Positions 29,973 through 38,974 of a stretch of DNA of 64,000 nt are shown here, piece by piece. A model generated the notes under the pieces. It saw only the letters and a list, made by a program, of their open reading frames with translations, was not told where the DNA came from and made no database searches. Where the stretch lies: NCBI GenBank assembly GCA_964409335.1, contig CAYPCW010000005.1, positions 6,820-70,819 on the forward strand. Reading direction: 5' to 3'. This DNA is from an uncultured bacterium (lineage in GTDB: Bacteria > Fidelibacterota > Marinisomatia > SCGC-AAA003-L08 > JACNLC01). The stretch's first letter is position 1. Every line of letters begins with the position of its first letter. Position numbers and translations under genes: made by a program.

Positions 29973-30351
29973 GTTATACGATTTTGTTAAAAATAATCCG
30001 AAAACGATATTAGCGTTGATCCTGACGGTTTTGGTTGTCGTGATTATGCTGTACTTTAACGTGGATAAAAAAGCGATTGCTATTGTAACGATCGTCTTCG
30101 GATTTATTACCCAGGCATTTGCAGGATTTGCGGCTCTGGTCGCAATGGTTCCGATTATTGGTCCGCTTATCATTAAAGTATTAACCATCCCGTTTTTTTG
30201 GCTATTAAACGGCATGGGATATTTCACGTCGGCGGTGGCGATTAAAAAAGGGTATGGGAAGGACGTGATGACTCATCGTCTGATAACGATTACCCTATTG
30301 ATCGGTATTGTACTGGGTTATATTTTGGGTCATCTGATCCCGGTAAGATAA
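29965..30351 (+). CDS. small integral membrane protein, unknown function
   Basis: 128 aa with four hydrophobic segments. Its start overlaps the preceding stop by 8 nt. Confidence 0.5.
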   Translation: MNKLYDFVKNNPKTILALILTVLVVVIMLYFNVDKKAIAIVTIVFGFITQAFAGFAALVAMVPIIGPLIIKVLTIPFFWLLNGMGYFTSAVAIKKGYGKDVMTHRLITITLLIGIVLGYILGHLIPVR

Positions 30352-30396
30352 CTTCTAAACTCTGCAGAACCCCCATTAAAAAATAAAGCCGGACTC

Positions 30397-30864
30397 TCAA
30401 CTTCCTTTTACCGGCGGAGTCGGTTCGTTCTTAACACATCTCATCACGATGAATGTTTCAACGTGCTGCAAGCCCGGGAGGGTGCTCAGGGTATGTAAAA
30501 GAAAATCTTCATACGCTTGTATATTTTCAACATAGACCTTCAGCAGAAAGTCGGATTTACCGGTAATATGATAACAGCCGATAATTTCAGGAACCGCTTT
30601 AACGGCTTCCATAAATTCGATGATATTATCTTTCTTATGCCTCGACAGGACGACTTCCACGAAGGTCTGGATTCCATACCCGATTTTCTTGGCATCCATT
30701 TTAGCATAATAGCCGGTGATTACCCCGTTTCGCTCAAGTTTTTTTGTACGTTCCAACGTGGGTCCCGGTGAAAGTCCGATTTTTTTTGACAATTCTGAAT
30801 TTGCGATTCGTCCGTCTGTTCTTAAAATGTTCAGAATCATAATATCCATCATGTCCAGTTTCAT
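30397..30864 (-). CDS. Lrp/AsnC family transcriptional regulator
   Basis: LNILRTDGRIANSELSKKIGLSPGPTLERTKKLERNGVITGY (HTH) followed by an RAM/AsnC-C domain. Confidence 0.88.
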   Translation of the reverse strand: MKLDMMDIMILNILRTDGRIANSELSKKIGLSPGPTLERTKKLERNGVITGYYAKMDAKKIGYGIQTFVEVVLSRHKKDNIIEFMEAVKAVPEIIGCYHITGKSDFLLKVYVENIQAYEDFLLHTLSTLPGLQHVETFIVMRCVKNEPTPPVKGS

Positions 30865-30897
30865 ATTCTACTTCCGGCTCAACGTACTATAAACGGA

Positions 30898-31977
30898 TTA
30901 GTTTAACACCAATAATTCTTTTGTGGCGCGATTCAGGGGTGTGCATTTGTCTGTGTGAATCCAACAATCATCTTCGATACGAACTCCTCCCCAGCCAGGA
31001 ATATAGATTCCGGGTTCGATGGTAACGACATAGTTTTCAAGTAAGGATTGTTGATTCAAATGGTTTAATCGCGGATATGTATGAATTTCCAATCCGATGC
31101 CATGTCCGGTGGAGTGTATAAATTTGTCCCCATAGCCGGCTTTTTCAATGACATCCCTGCAGGCTTTATCCACATCGGCGCCCGTAACCCCTGCTTTTGC
31201 CGTATCAATCCCGGCGATTTGCGATTCCAGTACCGTTTGATAGATTTCCCGGTGTTTTTCCGAGGCTTCTCCAATCACCACCGTGCGGGTCAGATCGGCA
31301 TGGTATCCCTCGTACAGTGCCGCAAAATCCATGACAACAAAATCGCCTTTTCCAAAAGGCTTGTTTGAGGGGCTGGCATGAGGCAGTGCGCCTAACCACC
31401 CGGATGCAATAATTGGATCATAGCTATCTCCCTCTGCACCATGCATTTTAAGCAGATATGAAATCCTGGCTGCAATATGTTTTTCGATGGCGCCGATTTT
31501 GAGTTCGGGAATAATTTCATCGAAAACGGCATCGGTAATCTCAACCGCATATTTCAGGGATTCGATCTCTGACATATCCTTTACGGCTGCCAAATGTTCA
31601 ACAATATCTGTCGTCGGTTTAAAGTCAATATCAGGAAATTGTGCGCTCAGCTCGAGGAACGACTGATAGGGCATATGGCGGGCTTCAAAACCAATTTTCA
31701 TCCCCGGTTTGAACAGGTTTAATTCATGTATAAGGTTTAGATAGCTGTCCTTAATCATATGTATCTGACCGTTTTGGACCTGCCTATTAGACTGTTCTGC
31801 ATATCGGGTATCGGAAAAAAAATGAACGGTATCCGGTGAGATAAAGACCTGCCCGGCAGACCCGGTAAAACCAGTTAAATATCGCACATTCGTTAAATAA
31901 GTAATATAAATTCCATCTAGCTGCTGGTTGGCAATGAATGTATTTAACCGTTCAACTCTTTGCGGGTATTGGCTCAT
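30898..31977 (-). CDS. Xaa-Pro aminopeptidase/dipeptidase (M24B)
   Basis: Creatinase-like N-domain followed by M24 metal ligands DFAALYEGYHADLTRT, HSTGHGIGLEIHTYP and VVTIEPGIY...GGVRIEDD. Confidence 0.85.
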   Translation of the reverse strand: MSQYPQRVERLNTFIANQQLDGIYITYLTNVRYLTGFTGSAGQVFISPDTVHFFSDTRYAEQSNRQVQNGQIHMIKDSYLNLIHELNLFKPGMKIGFEARHMPYQSFLELSAQFPDIDFKPTTDIVEHLAAVKDMSEIESLKYAVEITDAVFDEIIPELKIGAIEKHIAARISYLLKMHGAEGDSYDPIIASGWLGALPHASPSNKPFGKGDFVVMDFAALYEGYHADLTRTVVIGEASEKHREIYQTVLESQIAGIDTAKAGVTGADVDKACRDVIEKAGYGDKFIHSTGHGIGLEIHTYPRLNHLNQQSLLENYVVTIEPGIYIPGWGGVRIEDDCWIHTDKCTPLNRATKELLVLN

Positions 31978-32666
31978 GTGTGAGGTTCCTGTTCTTTAAT
32001 CAATTTGTAGATTTCATCCCGTTCTTTTTCAATTTTTTTAAGATCTCCCCCCTTGTTTTCAACGATTTCTAAAACGCTTAATGCATGGATATAATTTTTT
32101 TGTCGTCTGAAGACTTTTGCCAGTGTCATTGTAGCCATTCTGTGATCAATCACCAGGCGACTGTCGTTGTCTCGGGTTATCTTACTTTTTACACCTGTTT
32201 TATCCGGAGCAGACGCTGGTTCTGTCTCAGGGGTCTGTACATCTTCTTCCGGTCTGGATATTTCATTATTGTTTTTATCGATCCATTGTAAACTCTCTTC
32301 GTCATCCGGAAAGATATTCACAATTTTTTCAACTGTGGTATAAATGGTTTTTATGCTTCTGCCTAAGGCCGTCTGAACTTCTATAAGCAATTTCATCGCA
32401 TTCAGGTGGATCTGTGAGTTTTCTACGATTTCCTTTAACCATTTTTCCGCCTGGGCGAGATTATCTTCTACCAGTTCTACTTTAGCCAAAATGAATTTGC
32501 CTTCAATAGATCCCGGGTGATGCGCTAATCCGATTTCACATACTTTTTTCGCTCGCAGAATATCCCCGGACTCAAAGTAAATATCTGCCAGAACAGGAAA
32601 AACAGGCGAATCAAAATGCTCCGCGAAATGGTGTTCCAGCGCTTTTTTATCCGTCAGTTCGATCAT
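31974..32666 (-). CDS. TPR-like repeat protein
   Basis: Helical repeats [22 protein letters not shown] and a C-terminal [26 protein letters not shown]. Overlaps both neighbours by 4 nt. Confidence 0.5.
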   Translation of the reverse strand: MIELTDKKALEHHFAEHFDSPVFPVLADIYFESGDILRAKKVCEIGLAHHPGSIEGKFILAKVELVEDNLAQAEKWLKEIVENSQIHLNAMKLLIEVQTALGRSIKTIYTTVEKIVNIFPDDEESLQWIDKNNNEISRPEEDVQTPETEPASAPDKTGVKSKITRDNDSRLVIDHRMATMTLAKVFRRQKNYIHALSVLEIVENKGGDLKKIEKERDEIYKLIKEQEPHT

Positions 32667-34228
32667 AATGGAATATTCCCATGTTTCTTTTTGGGATTAT
32701 GATCCACTTTTGTGTTGAGAACATCCAACCCTGATATGAGATTCCATCTTGTAGTTCGGGGTAAGATCACGTCATCCACATACCCCCGCTCTGCGGCAAT
32801 ATACGGATTAGCGAATTTTTTGCGATAATACTCCACAAGTTCATCCGCTTTTGCATCGGGGTTGTTACCATCCGTCAGGTCTTTTTTCCAGATGATTTCT
32901 ACGGCACCCCGGGGACCCATTACCGCGATTTCAGCGGTGGGCCATGCAAAATTCAGATCGGCACGGATGTGTTTTGACGACATCACATCATAGGCTCCAC
33001 CGTAAGCCTTCCGTGTGATTACCGTGATTTTGGGAACGGTTGCTTCTGCGAAGGCGTAGAGCAGTTTTGCGCCATGGCGGATAATCCCGCCCCACTCCTG
33101 TTCTGTTCCCGGTAAAAAACCAGGAACATCCACAAATGTGATAATGGGCATATTAAATGCATCCAAAAAACGGACGAAACGACCCGCTTTGACGGAGGCA
33201 TTGATATCTAAAACGCCTGCAAGGTATGCCGGCTGATTTGCCACGATCCCAACCGGTCTGCCATTCAACCGGGCAAATCCGCAAATGATATTTCTGGCAT
33301 AGTCGGCGTGTACTTCAAAAAAGGAGAACATATCCATGGTTCGTTCTATGATCTGATGCATATCATAGGGTTTGTTGGGATTCACGGGGACCAGCGTATC
33401 CAGTTCGATATCTTCCCTCGATGGATCATCGTGGGTTTTAACCAGAGGGGAATCTTCACGATTATTATTCGGGAGGTACGATAATAATTTTCTTATTTTT
33501 TGCAGTACATCCACTTCGTTTTCGCAGGCAAAGTGAGCCACCCCTGATTTTGACGCGTGGGTATCGGCGCCTCCCAAATCTTCCATGGAAACCTGTTCAT
33601 GGGTCACCGTCTTCACGACATGGGGACCAGTGACGAACATATGACTGGTTTTCTTGGCCATGAATACAAAGTCGGTGATTGCCGGAGAATAGACCGCTCC
33701 CCCTGCGCAGGGACCCATGATCGCAGAAATCTGTGGAATGACGCCGGAAGCCAGGGTATTGCGAAGAAAAATATCTGCATATCCTGCCAGGCTCACGACG
33801 CCTTCCTGTATTCGTGCGCCGCCGGAATCGTTCAGACCGATAATCGGAATTCCTGTTTTCATGGCAAGATCCATTATTTTACAGATTTTCTCTGCAAACG
33901 CCTCGGACAGGGATCCGCCGAATACGGTAAAGTCCTGAGAAAATACAAATATTTTTCGTCTGTCGATCGTCCCATAACCCGTTACTACTCCGTCGGTGAG
34001 AATCTTGGTCTTCTCCATATCAAAATCATGAGACCGGTGGGTGACGAAGGCGTCCAGTTCATGGAATGACCCTTTGTCTAAAAGAATATCCAGCCGTTCC
34101 CGCGCCGTCAGCTTTCCCTTCTGGTGCTGGGATTCGATTCTGTCCGCACCTCCTCCAACTTGAGCAGCAGCCCGCATATCTTCCAATGCATTGATCAATT
34201 TCTCGCGTGTCGGGCGTTTATCCGTCAT
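32663..34228 (-). CDS. methylmalonyl-CoA/propionyl-CoA carboxyltransferase (acyl-CoA carboxylase beta)
   Basis: Carboxyltransferase blocks [39 protein letters not shown] and [10 protein letters not shown]. The ATG at 34228 (MTDKRPT...) is preferred over the track start. Confidence 0.9.
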   Translation of the reverse strand: MTDKRPTREKLINALEDMRAAAQVGGGADRIESQHQKGKLTARERLDILLDKGSFHELDAFVTHRSHDFDMEKTKILTDGVVTGYGTIDRRKIFVFSQDFTVFGGSLSEAFAEKICKIMDLAMKTGIPIIGLNDSGGARIQEGVVSLAGYADIFLRNTLASGVIPQISAIMGPCAGGAVYSPAITDFVFMAKKTSHMFVTGPHVVKTVTHEQVSMEDLGGADTHASKSGVAHFACENEVDVLQKIRKLLSYLPNNNREDSPLVKTHDDPSREDIELDTLVPVNPNKPYDMHQIIERTMDMFSFFEVHADYARNIICGFARLNGRPVGIVANQPAYLAGVLDINASVKAGRFVRFLDAFNMPIITFVDVPGFLPGTEQEWGGIIRHGAKLLYAFAEATVPKITVITRKAYGGAYDVMSSKHIRADLNFAWPTAEIAVMGPRGAVEIIWKKDLTDGNNPDAKADELVEYYRKKFANPYIAAERGYVDDVILPRTTRWNLISGLDVLNTKVDHNPKKKHGNIPL

Positions 34229-34628
34229 GCCGGTGGTCTTTGATCCATTGTGTGATATAATCGATGGTGTCCTGTATGGGGGTTCCGGGACCGAATAATT
34301 TGCCGACACCCATTTCGTTCAGGGTATCCATGTCTTTTTGTGGGATGATCCCGCCGCCGGTCAGCAACCGGTCGCCCATACCGTTTTCCCGCATCAAATG
34401 TAAGATTTTGGGGAAGACGGCCATGTGAGCATTATTCAGGCTGGAGACGGCAATGACATCTGCATCCTCCTGGACGGCTGCGTTTACGATCATCGATGGT
34501 GTTTGTCTTAAGCCAAGGTAGATAACCTCCATTCCTGCATCCCGGAATGCACGGGCAAGTATCTTGATTCCCCGATCATGCCCATCGAGACCGGGTTTTG
34601 CCATGATCACGCGAATTTTTCTTTCCAT
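34218..34628 (-). CDS. methylmalonyl-CoA mutase B12-binding subunit (stand-alone C-terminal domain)
   Basis: [34 protein letters not shown] carries the DxHxxG cobalamin motif. 136 aa. Confidence 0.85.
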   Translation of the reverse strand: MERKIRVIMAKPGLDGHDRGIKILARAFRDAGMEVIYLGLRQTPSMIVNAAVQEDADVIAVSSLNNAHMAVFPKILHLMRENGMGDRLLTGGGIIPQKDMDTLNEMGVGKLFGPGTPIQDTIDYITQWIKDHRHDG

Positions 34629-35075
34629 TTATTTTTCCCTGCTGTCTAATACAAATGTGACCGGACCCTCATTGACCAGTGAGACATTCATCATAGCGCC
34701 GAATTCACCGGTTTCAACGGGTATCCCTTTCCCTCGCATCGCCGAAATGAACCATTCATACAGTCGATTCCCCTCGTCCGGAGAGGCTGCCAATTGAAAT
34801 CCTGGGCGCCGGCCCTTTCGCCAATCCCCGCACAGTGTGAATTGACTCACCACCAAAACAGATCCGCCCACTTCATCAAGTGATAAATTCATGTTCCGAT
34901 TTTTATCCGGGAAAATACGAAACCCGGCTATTTTATCAACTAAAAATTTTGCATCCGATTCCGTGTCATCACGGTACACGCCCAGAAGCAGCAAAATCCC
35001 TTTTCCAATCTTGCCGACCACCCTGTGATCGATCTCGACGGTTGCCGATGCAACCCGCTGAAGGATAACAACCAT
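34629..35075 (-). CDS. dtd: D-aminoacyl-tRNA deacylase
   Basis: MVVILQRV start, GKGILLLLGV and VSQFTLCGD..KGRRPGF. 148 aa. Confidence 0.9.
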   Translation of the reverse strand: MVVILQRVASATVEIDHRVVGKIGKGILLLLGVYRDDTESDAKFLVDKIAGFRIFPDKNRNMNLSLDEVGGSVLVVSQFTLCGDWRKGRRPGFQLAASPDEGNRLYEWFISAMRGKGIPVETGEFGAMMNVSLVNEGPVTFVLDSREK

Positions 35076-35092
35076 CTCAGAATTTTGCCGGA

Positions 35093-38000
35093 TCAGGATA
35101 TCCAGACATTTTGCTTTCCCAGCATAGACCGAAGAGAGTTGACGAACTTTGGTGCCGGAGATACCCGGGTATTCCGGGATAAAATCCGCTCGATGGTTCC
35201 GTCAGACCGTTCAATATGAAAAACGAGCCTGCACCATCCCTGGTGATCACTGCACATAGTTTTTAATTCATCGACGAACTTCGCATTGTTGAATTTGAAG
35301 GGTATACGAATGTTGATATCTTTGCTGAATTCTTTCCGGATGTGGCTGATTTTCACCACAGACTTTGCAGAAATGCGCCCGGTACTGTCATCGCCGCCCT
35401 TTTGCCGGAAAACTTCACCTTCGATGAATACCAGTTCATTGGGAATAATGAGTTTTTTCATCCGTTCGTAGACATCGTTAAATACGAACACTTCGATACT
35501 CCCCTTTAACCCGGACAATTCGATGATTGCCCACTGCTGGTTGTTCTTATTCAGTTTGGGTTTCACCACAGATATCACGCCGCCGACACGGATAACATTG
35601 GGTAAATTGTTCATGTCGGGCGATTCCAAAGAAATGGTACTGAATTCTGTAAGGTCGTCTTTATATTTTTCCAGAGGGTGCCCTGATAGGTAAAACCCCA
35701 AAATTTCTTTTTCTTTGAGTTGGCATTCCTCCTTTGTCCAGGGGTCTGCCTCAGGTAACTCCGGTTCATGGATGGTTTCCAATCCTGCGCTTCCGAAGAT
35801 ATCCACCTGATGGGTGTCTTTGTCCTGATTAAACCTGGCGCCGAACAATAAAGCCTGCTCCACGGCTGTAAAATTTTGGACCCGGGTACCTTTAAGGCTG
35901 TCACAGGCGCCGGCACAAATGAGGCTTTCCAACGCTTTTCGGTTCATCACATGAGGATCAATCCTTTTGCACAGATCGAAAATCGAAGCAAAATTACCCT
36001 CTTTAGTACGCGCTTCAGCAATACATTCTGCGACCTTATGTCCCACATTTTTGACGGCTGATAAACCGAATAAAATCTCACCCTTTTTCGATGACCGGAA
36101 GTCTGAATATGATTTGTTCACATCCGGCGGATGTACCTTTATTCCCATAATTTTTGTTTCATCGATCAATGTCACCACCCGATCTAAATTTTCCATTTCG
36201 GTAGTAAGATTGGCAGCGATGAATTCTGCAGAGTAAAATGTTTTTAGCCATGCCGTTTGATATGCGACAATGGCATAGGCGGTGGAATGGCTTTTGTTAA
36301 ACCCGTATTGTGCAAATTTTTCCAGATGATCAAAAATCAGTCGCGCTTCATCCGCTTTCATATTATTTTCGATGGCGCCATTGATAAAATCCAACCGGAA
36401 AGCCGCCATCATGTCGGCGTTTTTCTTTCCCATCGCCCTGCGCATTTCATCTGCCTGTGCCAGCGTGAATCCAGCTATCGTAGAGCAAATTTGCATGACT
36501 TGTTCCTGATATACGATAATGCCATAGGTTTCCTTGAGAATGGGCTCCAGATCAGTGTGGATGTACTCAATTTTATTCTGACCGTGCTTGCGGGCAATAA
36601 ATTCAGGGATATTCCCCATGGGTCCAGGTCGGTACAGGGCATTCATGGCGATAAGATCCCGGAGGCAGGTGGGTATAAGTTGTAACAGGTATTCCCGCAT
36701 CCCTTTGGATTCAAACTGGAAAACACCCACCGTATTTCCATCGGCAAATAATTGATACACTTTATCTTCTTCAAGATTGATTTTATCAATATTCACCTGA
36801 ATTCCATGATTATCCCGGATCATCTGGACTGCTTTGGCGATCACCGTAAGATTCCGAAGTCCCAGAAAATCCACCTTCAGTAGTCCCAATTCCTCAAGGG
36901 AATTCATTTCTACCTGGGTTATACGATCGTCCGAGTTGGGCGCCTGATAGAGGGGGACATAGTCTACCAGGGGTCCCGGCGCGATAACTACGCCTGCGGC
37001 ATGGGTGGAAGCATGGCGATGCATCCCTTCCAGAATAGCGGAATACTCGATTAGATTTTTATGCGTTTCGCTCAAATCCGCAATCCCCGCCAGGTCGTTG
37101 GTGATCGAGATAAGTTCACGGAGATTCTTCGACGGATCGTTCGGGATCATTTTGGCGATTCGGTCCACATCACCGTAGGGCATTCCCAGTACACGACCCA
37201 CATCCCGGATGACCGATTTGGTTTTCATCCTGCCAAATGTGATGATCTGCGCCACCGACTCCGTACCGTATCTCTTGCGGATATAATTGATCACCCGCTC
37301 CCGTCCTTCGATGCAGAAGTCGATATCGATATCCGGCATTGACACCCGGTCAGGATTCAAAAACCGCTCGAACAGCAAATGATATTTGATGGGGTCCACA
37401 TTGGTGATGCCCGTCACGTATGCCACCAGGCTCCCGGCTGCCGATCCCCGCCCGGGTCCTACGGGAATATTGTTCTTCCTCGCATACGCTACAAAATCCT
37501 GTGTAATAAGAAAATAATTGGCAAAATTCATTTTTTTAATGACAGACAATTCATAGGTTAACCGCGCCTGAATTTCCGGCGTGATCTTCGGATACCGTTC
37601 CTCTAATCCATCCATACACAATTTTTTCAGGTATTCATTCGCATCTGAAATAGACTCGCTGGTATCGATTTCAAAATACGGCAGGTGAAGATTTCCCATC
37701 TCAATTTTAATCTCGCAGGATTCCGCGATTCTGATGGTATTCTCCAACGCTGCCGGCGTGGATTTGAAAAGTTTGTACATTTCGTCCGCAGATTTCACAT
37801 AAAACTGACGGGGTTCATATCGTCGCCGGTTGGTGTCGCTCAAATCTTTTCCGGTGCCCAGACAGAACAGAACGTCGTGTGCCTTCCAGTGCTCTTCAAT
37901 GGCGTAGTGGTTGTCATTGGTTGCCACCAGGGGAATGTTCAGTTCTTTCGATAGTTTGATCAAAACCGGATGTGATGCAATTTCTTCGGGGATGCCGTGA

Positions 38001-38539
38001 TTCTGTAACTCAATGTAGTAACGGTTCGGAAAGATCTCCTGATATTCCAAAGCCACTGCCTTTGCCCGATCGTAATCTCCGAGGGACGCATAATAAGTGA
38101 GTTCACCCGCAAGGCAGGCGCTTGTCGCAATCAGCCCTTCGTTGTACTGCCGTAAAAGGTCCTTGTCCACACGGGGTCGGTAATAGAAACCATCTATGTA
38201 TCCGATAGATACCAGTTTCATCAGATTTTTGTACCCCGTTTCATTCTGAACAAGAAGCACCAGATGGTGATACCCCCATTTTCTGGCGCTATCAGTGGAT
38301 TGTTTCCTGGTTTTATGATTACCGATGCTCACATAGATCTCGCATCCGAGAATGGGTTTAATATGCTTTTTGTTTGCCGTTTTGTAGAAAGGGATCATGG
38401 AAAAAAGGTTTCCGTGCTCGGTTAGGGCGATCGTATCCATACCCAGATCGTCTAGGCGGTCGCATATCATATCGATGGTTTGTGCCCCATCCAGCAGTGA
38501 GAAATCGGAGTGATTATGGAGATGTACGAATTCAGGCAT
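35093..38539 (-). CDS. dnaE: DNA polymerase III alpha subunit
   Basis: PHP domain FVHLHNHSDFSLLDGA, then polymerase core, HhH and OB regions. 1148 aa. Confidence 0.95.
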   Translation of the reverse strand: MPEFVHLHNHSDFSLLDGAQTIDMICDRLDDLGMDTIALTEHGNLFSMIPFYKTANKKHIKPILGCEIYVSIGNHKTRKQSTDSARKWGYHHLVLLVQNETGYKNLMKLVSIGYIDGFYYRPRVDKDLLRQYNEGLIATSACLAGELTYYASLGDYDRAKAVALEYQEIFPNRYYIELQNHGIPEEIASHPVLIKLSKELNIPLVATNDNHYAIEEHWKAHDVLFCLGTGKDLSDTNRRRYEPRQFYVKSADEMYKLFKSTPAALENTIRIAESCEIKIEMGNLHLPYFEIDTSESISDANEYLKKLCMDGLEERYPKITPEIQARLTYELSVIKKMNFANYFLITQDFVAYARKNNIPVGPGRGSAAGSLVAYVTGITNVDPIKYHLLFERFLNPDRVSMPDIDIDFCIEGRERVINYIRKRYGTESVAQIITFGRMKTKSVIRDVGRVLGMPYGDVDRIAKMIPNDPSKNLRELISITNDLAGIADLSETHKNLIEYSAILEGMHRHASTHAAGVVIAPGPLVDYVPLYQAPNSDDRITQVEMNSLEELGLLKVDFLGLRNLTVIAKAVQMIRDNHGIQVNIDKINLEEDKVYQLFADGNTVGVFQFESKGMREYLLQLIPTCLRDLIAMNALYRPGPMGNIPEFIARKHGQNKIEYIHTDLEPILKETYGIIVYQEQVMQICSTIAGFTLAQADEMRRAMGKKNADMMAAFRLDFINGAIENNMKADEARLIFDHLEKFAQYGFNKSHSTAYAIVAYQTAWLKTFYSAEFIAANLTTEMENLDRVVTLIDETKIMGIKVHPPDVNKSYSDFRSSKKGEILFGLSAVKNVGHKVAECIAEARTKEGNFASIFDLCKRIDPHVMNRKALESLICAGACDSLKGTRVQNFTAVEQALLFGARFNQDKDTHQVDIFGSAGLETIHEPELPEADPWTKEECQLKEKEILGFYLSGHPLEKYKDDLTEFSTISLESPDMNNLPNVIRVGGVISVVKPKLNKNNQQWAIIELSGLKGSIEVFVFNDVYERMKKLIIPNELVFIEGEVFRQKGGDDSTGRISAKSVVKISHIRKEFSKDINIRIPFKFNNAKFVDELKTMCSDHQGWCRLVFHIERSDGTIERILSRNTRVSPAPKFVNSLRSMLGKQNVWIS

Positions 38540-38974
38540 TGAATATTGGTCTTGTGTTTATTCTTTTTGTAATTACTTTATCTTTCCGGCAAATGGGGAG
38601 ATAATTTACTTCCGGGTGTGTGATAATCAGGGTAAAGAAATGGGGTGGGGGTAGCATAAAATTCAGCAGACAACTCCGACGCTCTTTGCCGACCGTATGG
38701 CGGGAAAATAACCGCCGGATGGCTATTTTACCCACATGCGCTTTTCAGTTCCCGGAAAATCCGGCGCAGGTCGGAAGTATCCCGAGCCATGTGAATTTTG
38801 AATTAGGAAAACGCTTCCTTCACCGGCAGTTGATGAGTGACCATACAACTGGAATTACACGATCTCACAAAGATGCCTGCAAGCTTTAAGCTTGAGTTAC
38901 AATTAACTTGGGTCTTGAGTAGCATGCACAAAGACGCAATTCGCCGCAGGATGGTTCGAAACAGCATGCAGCCC

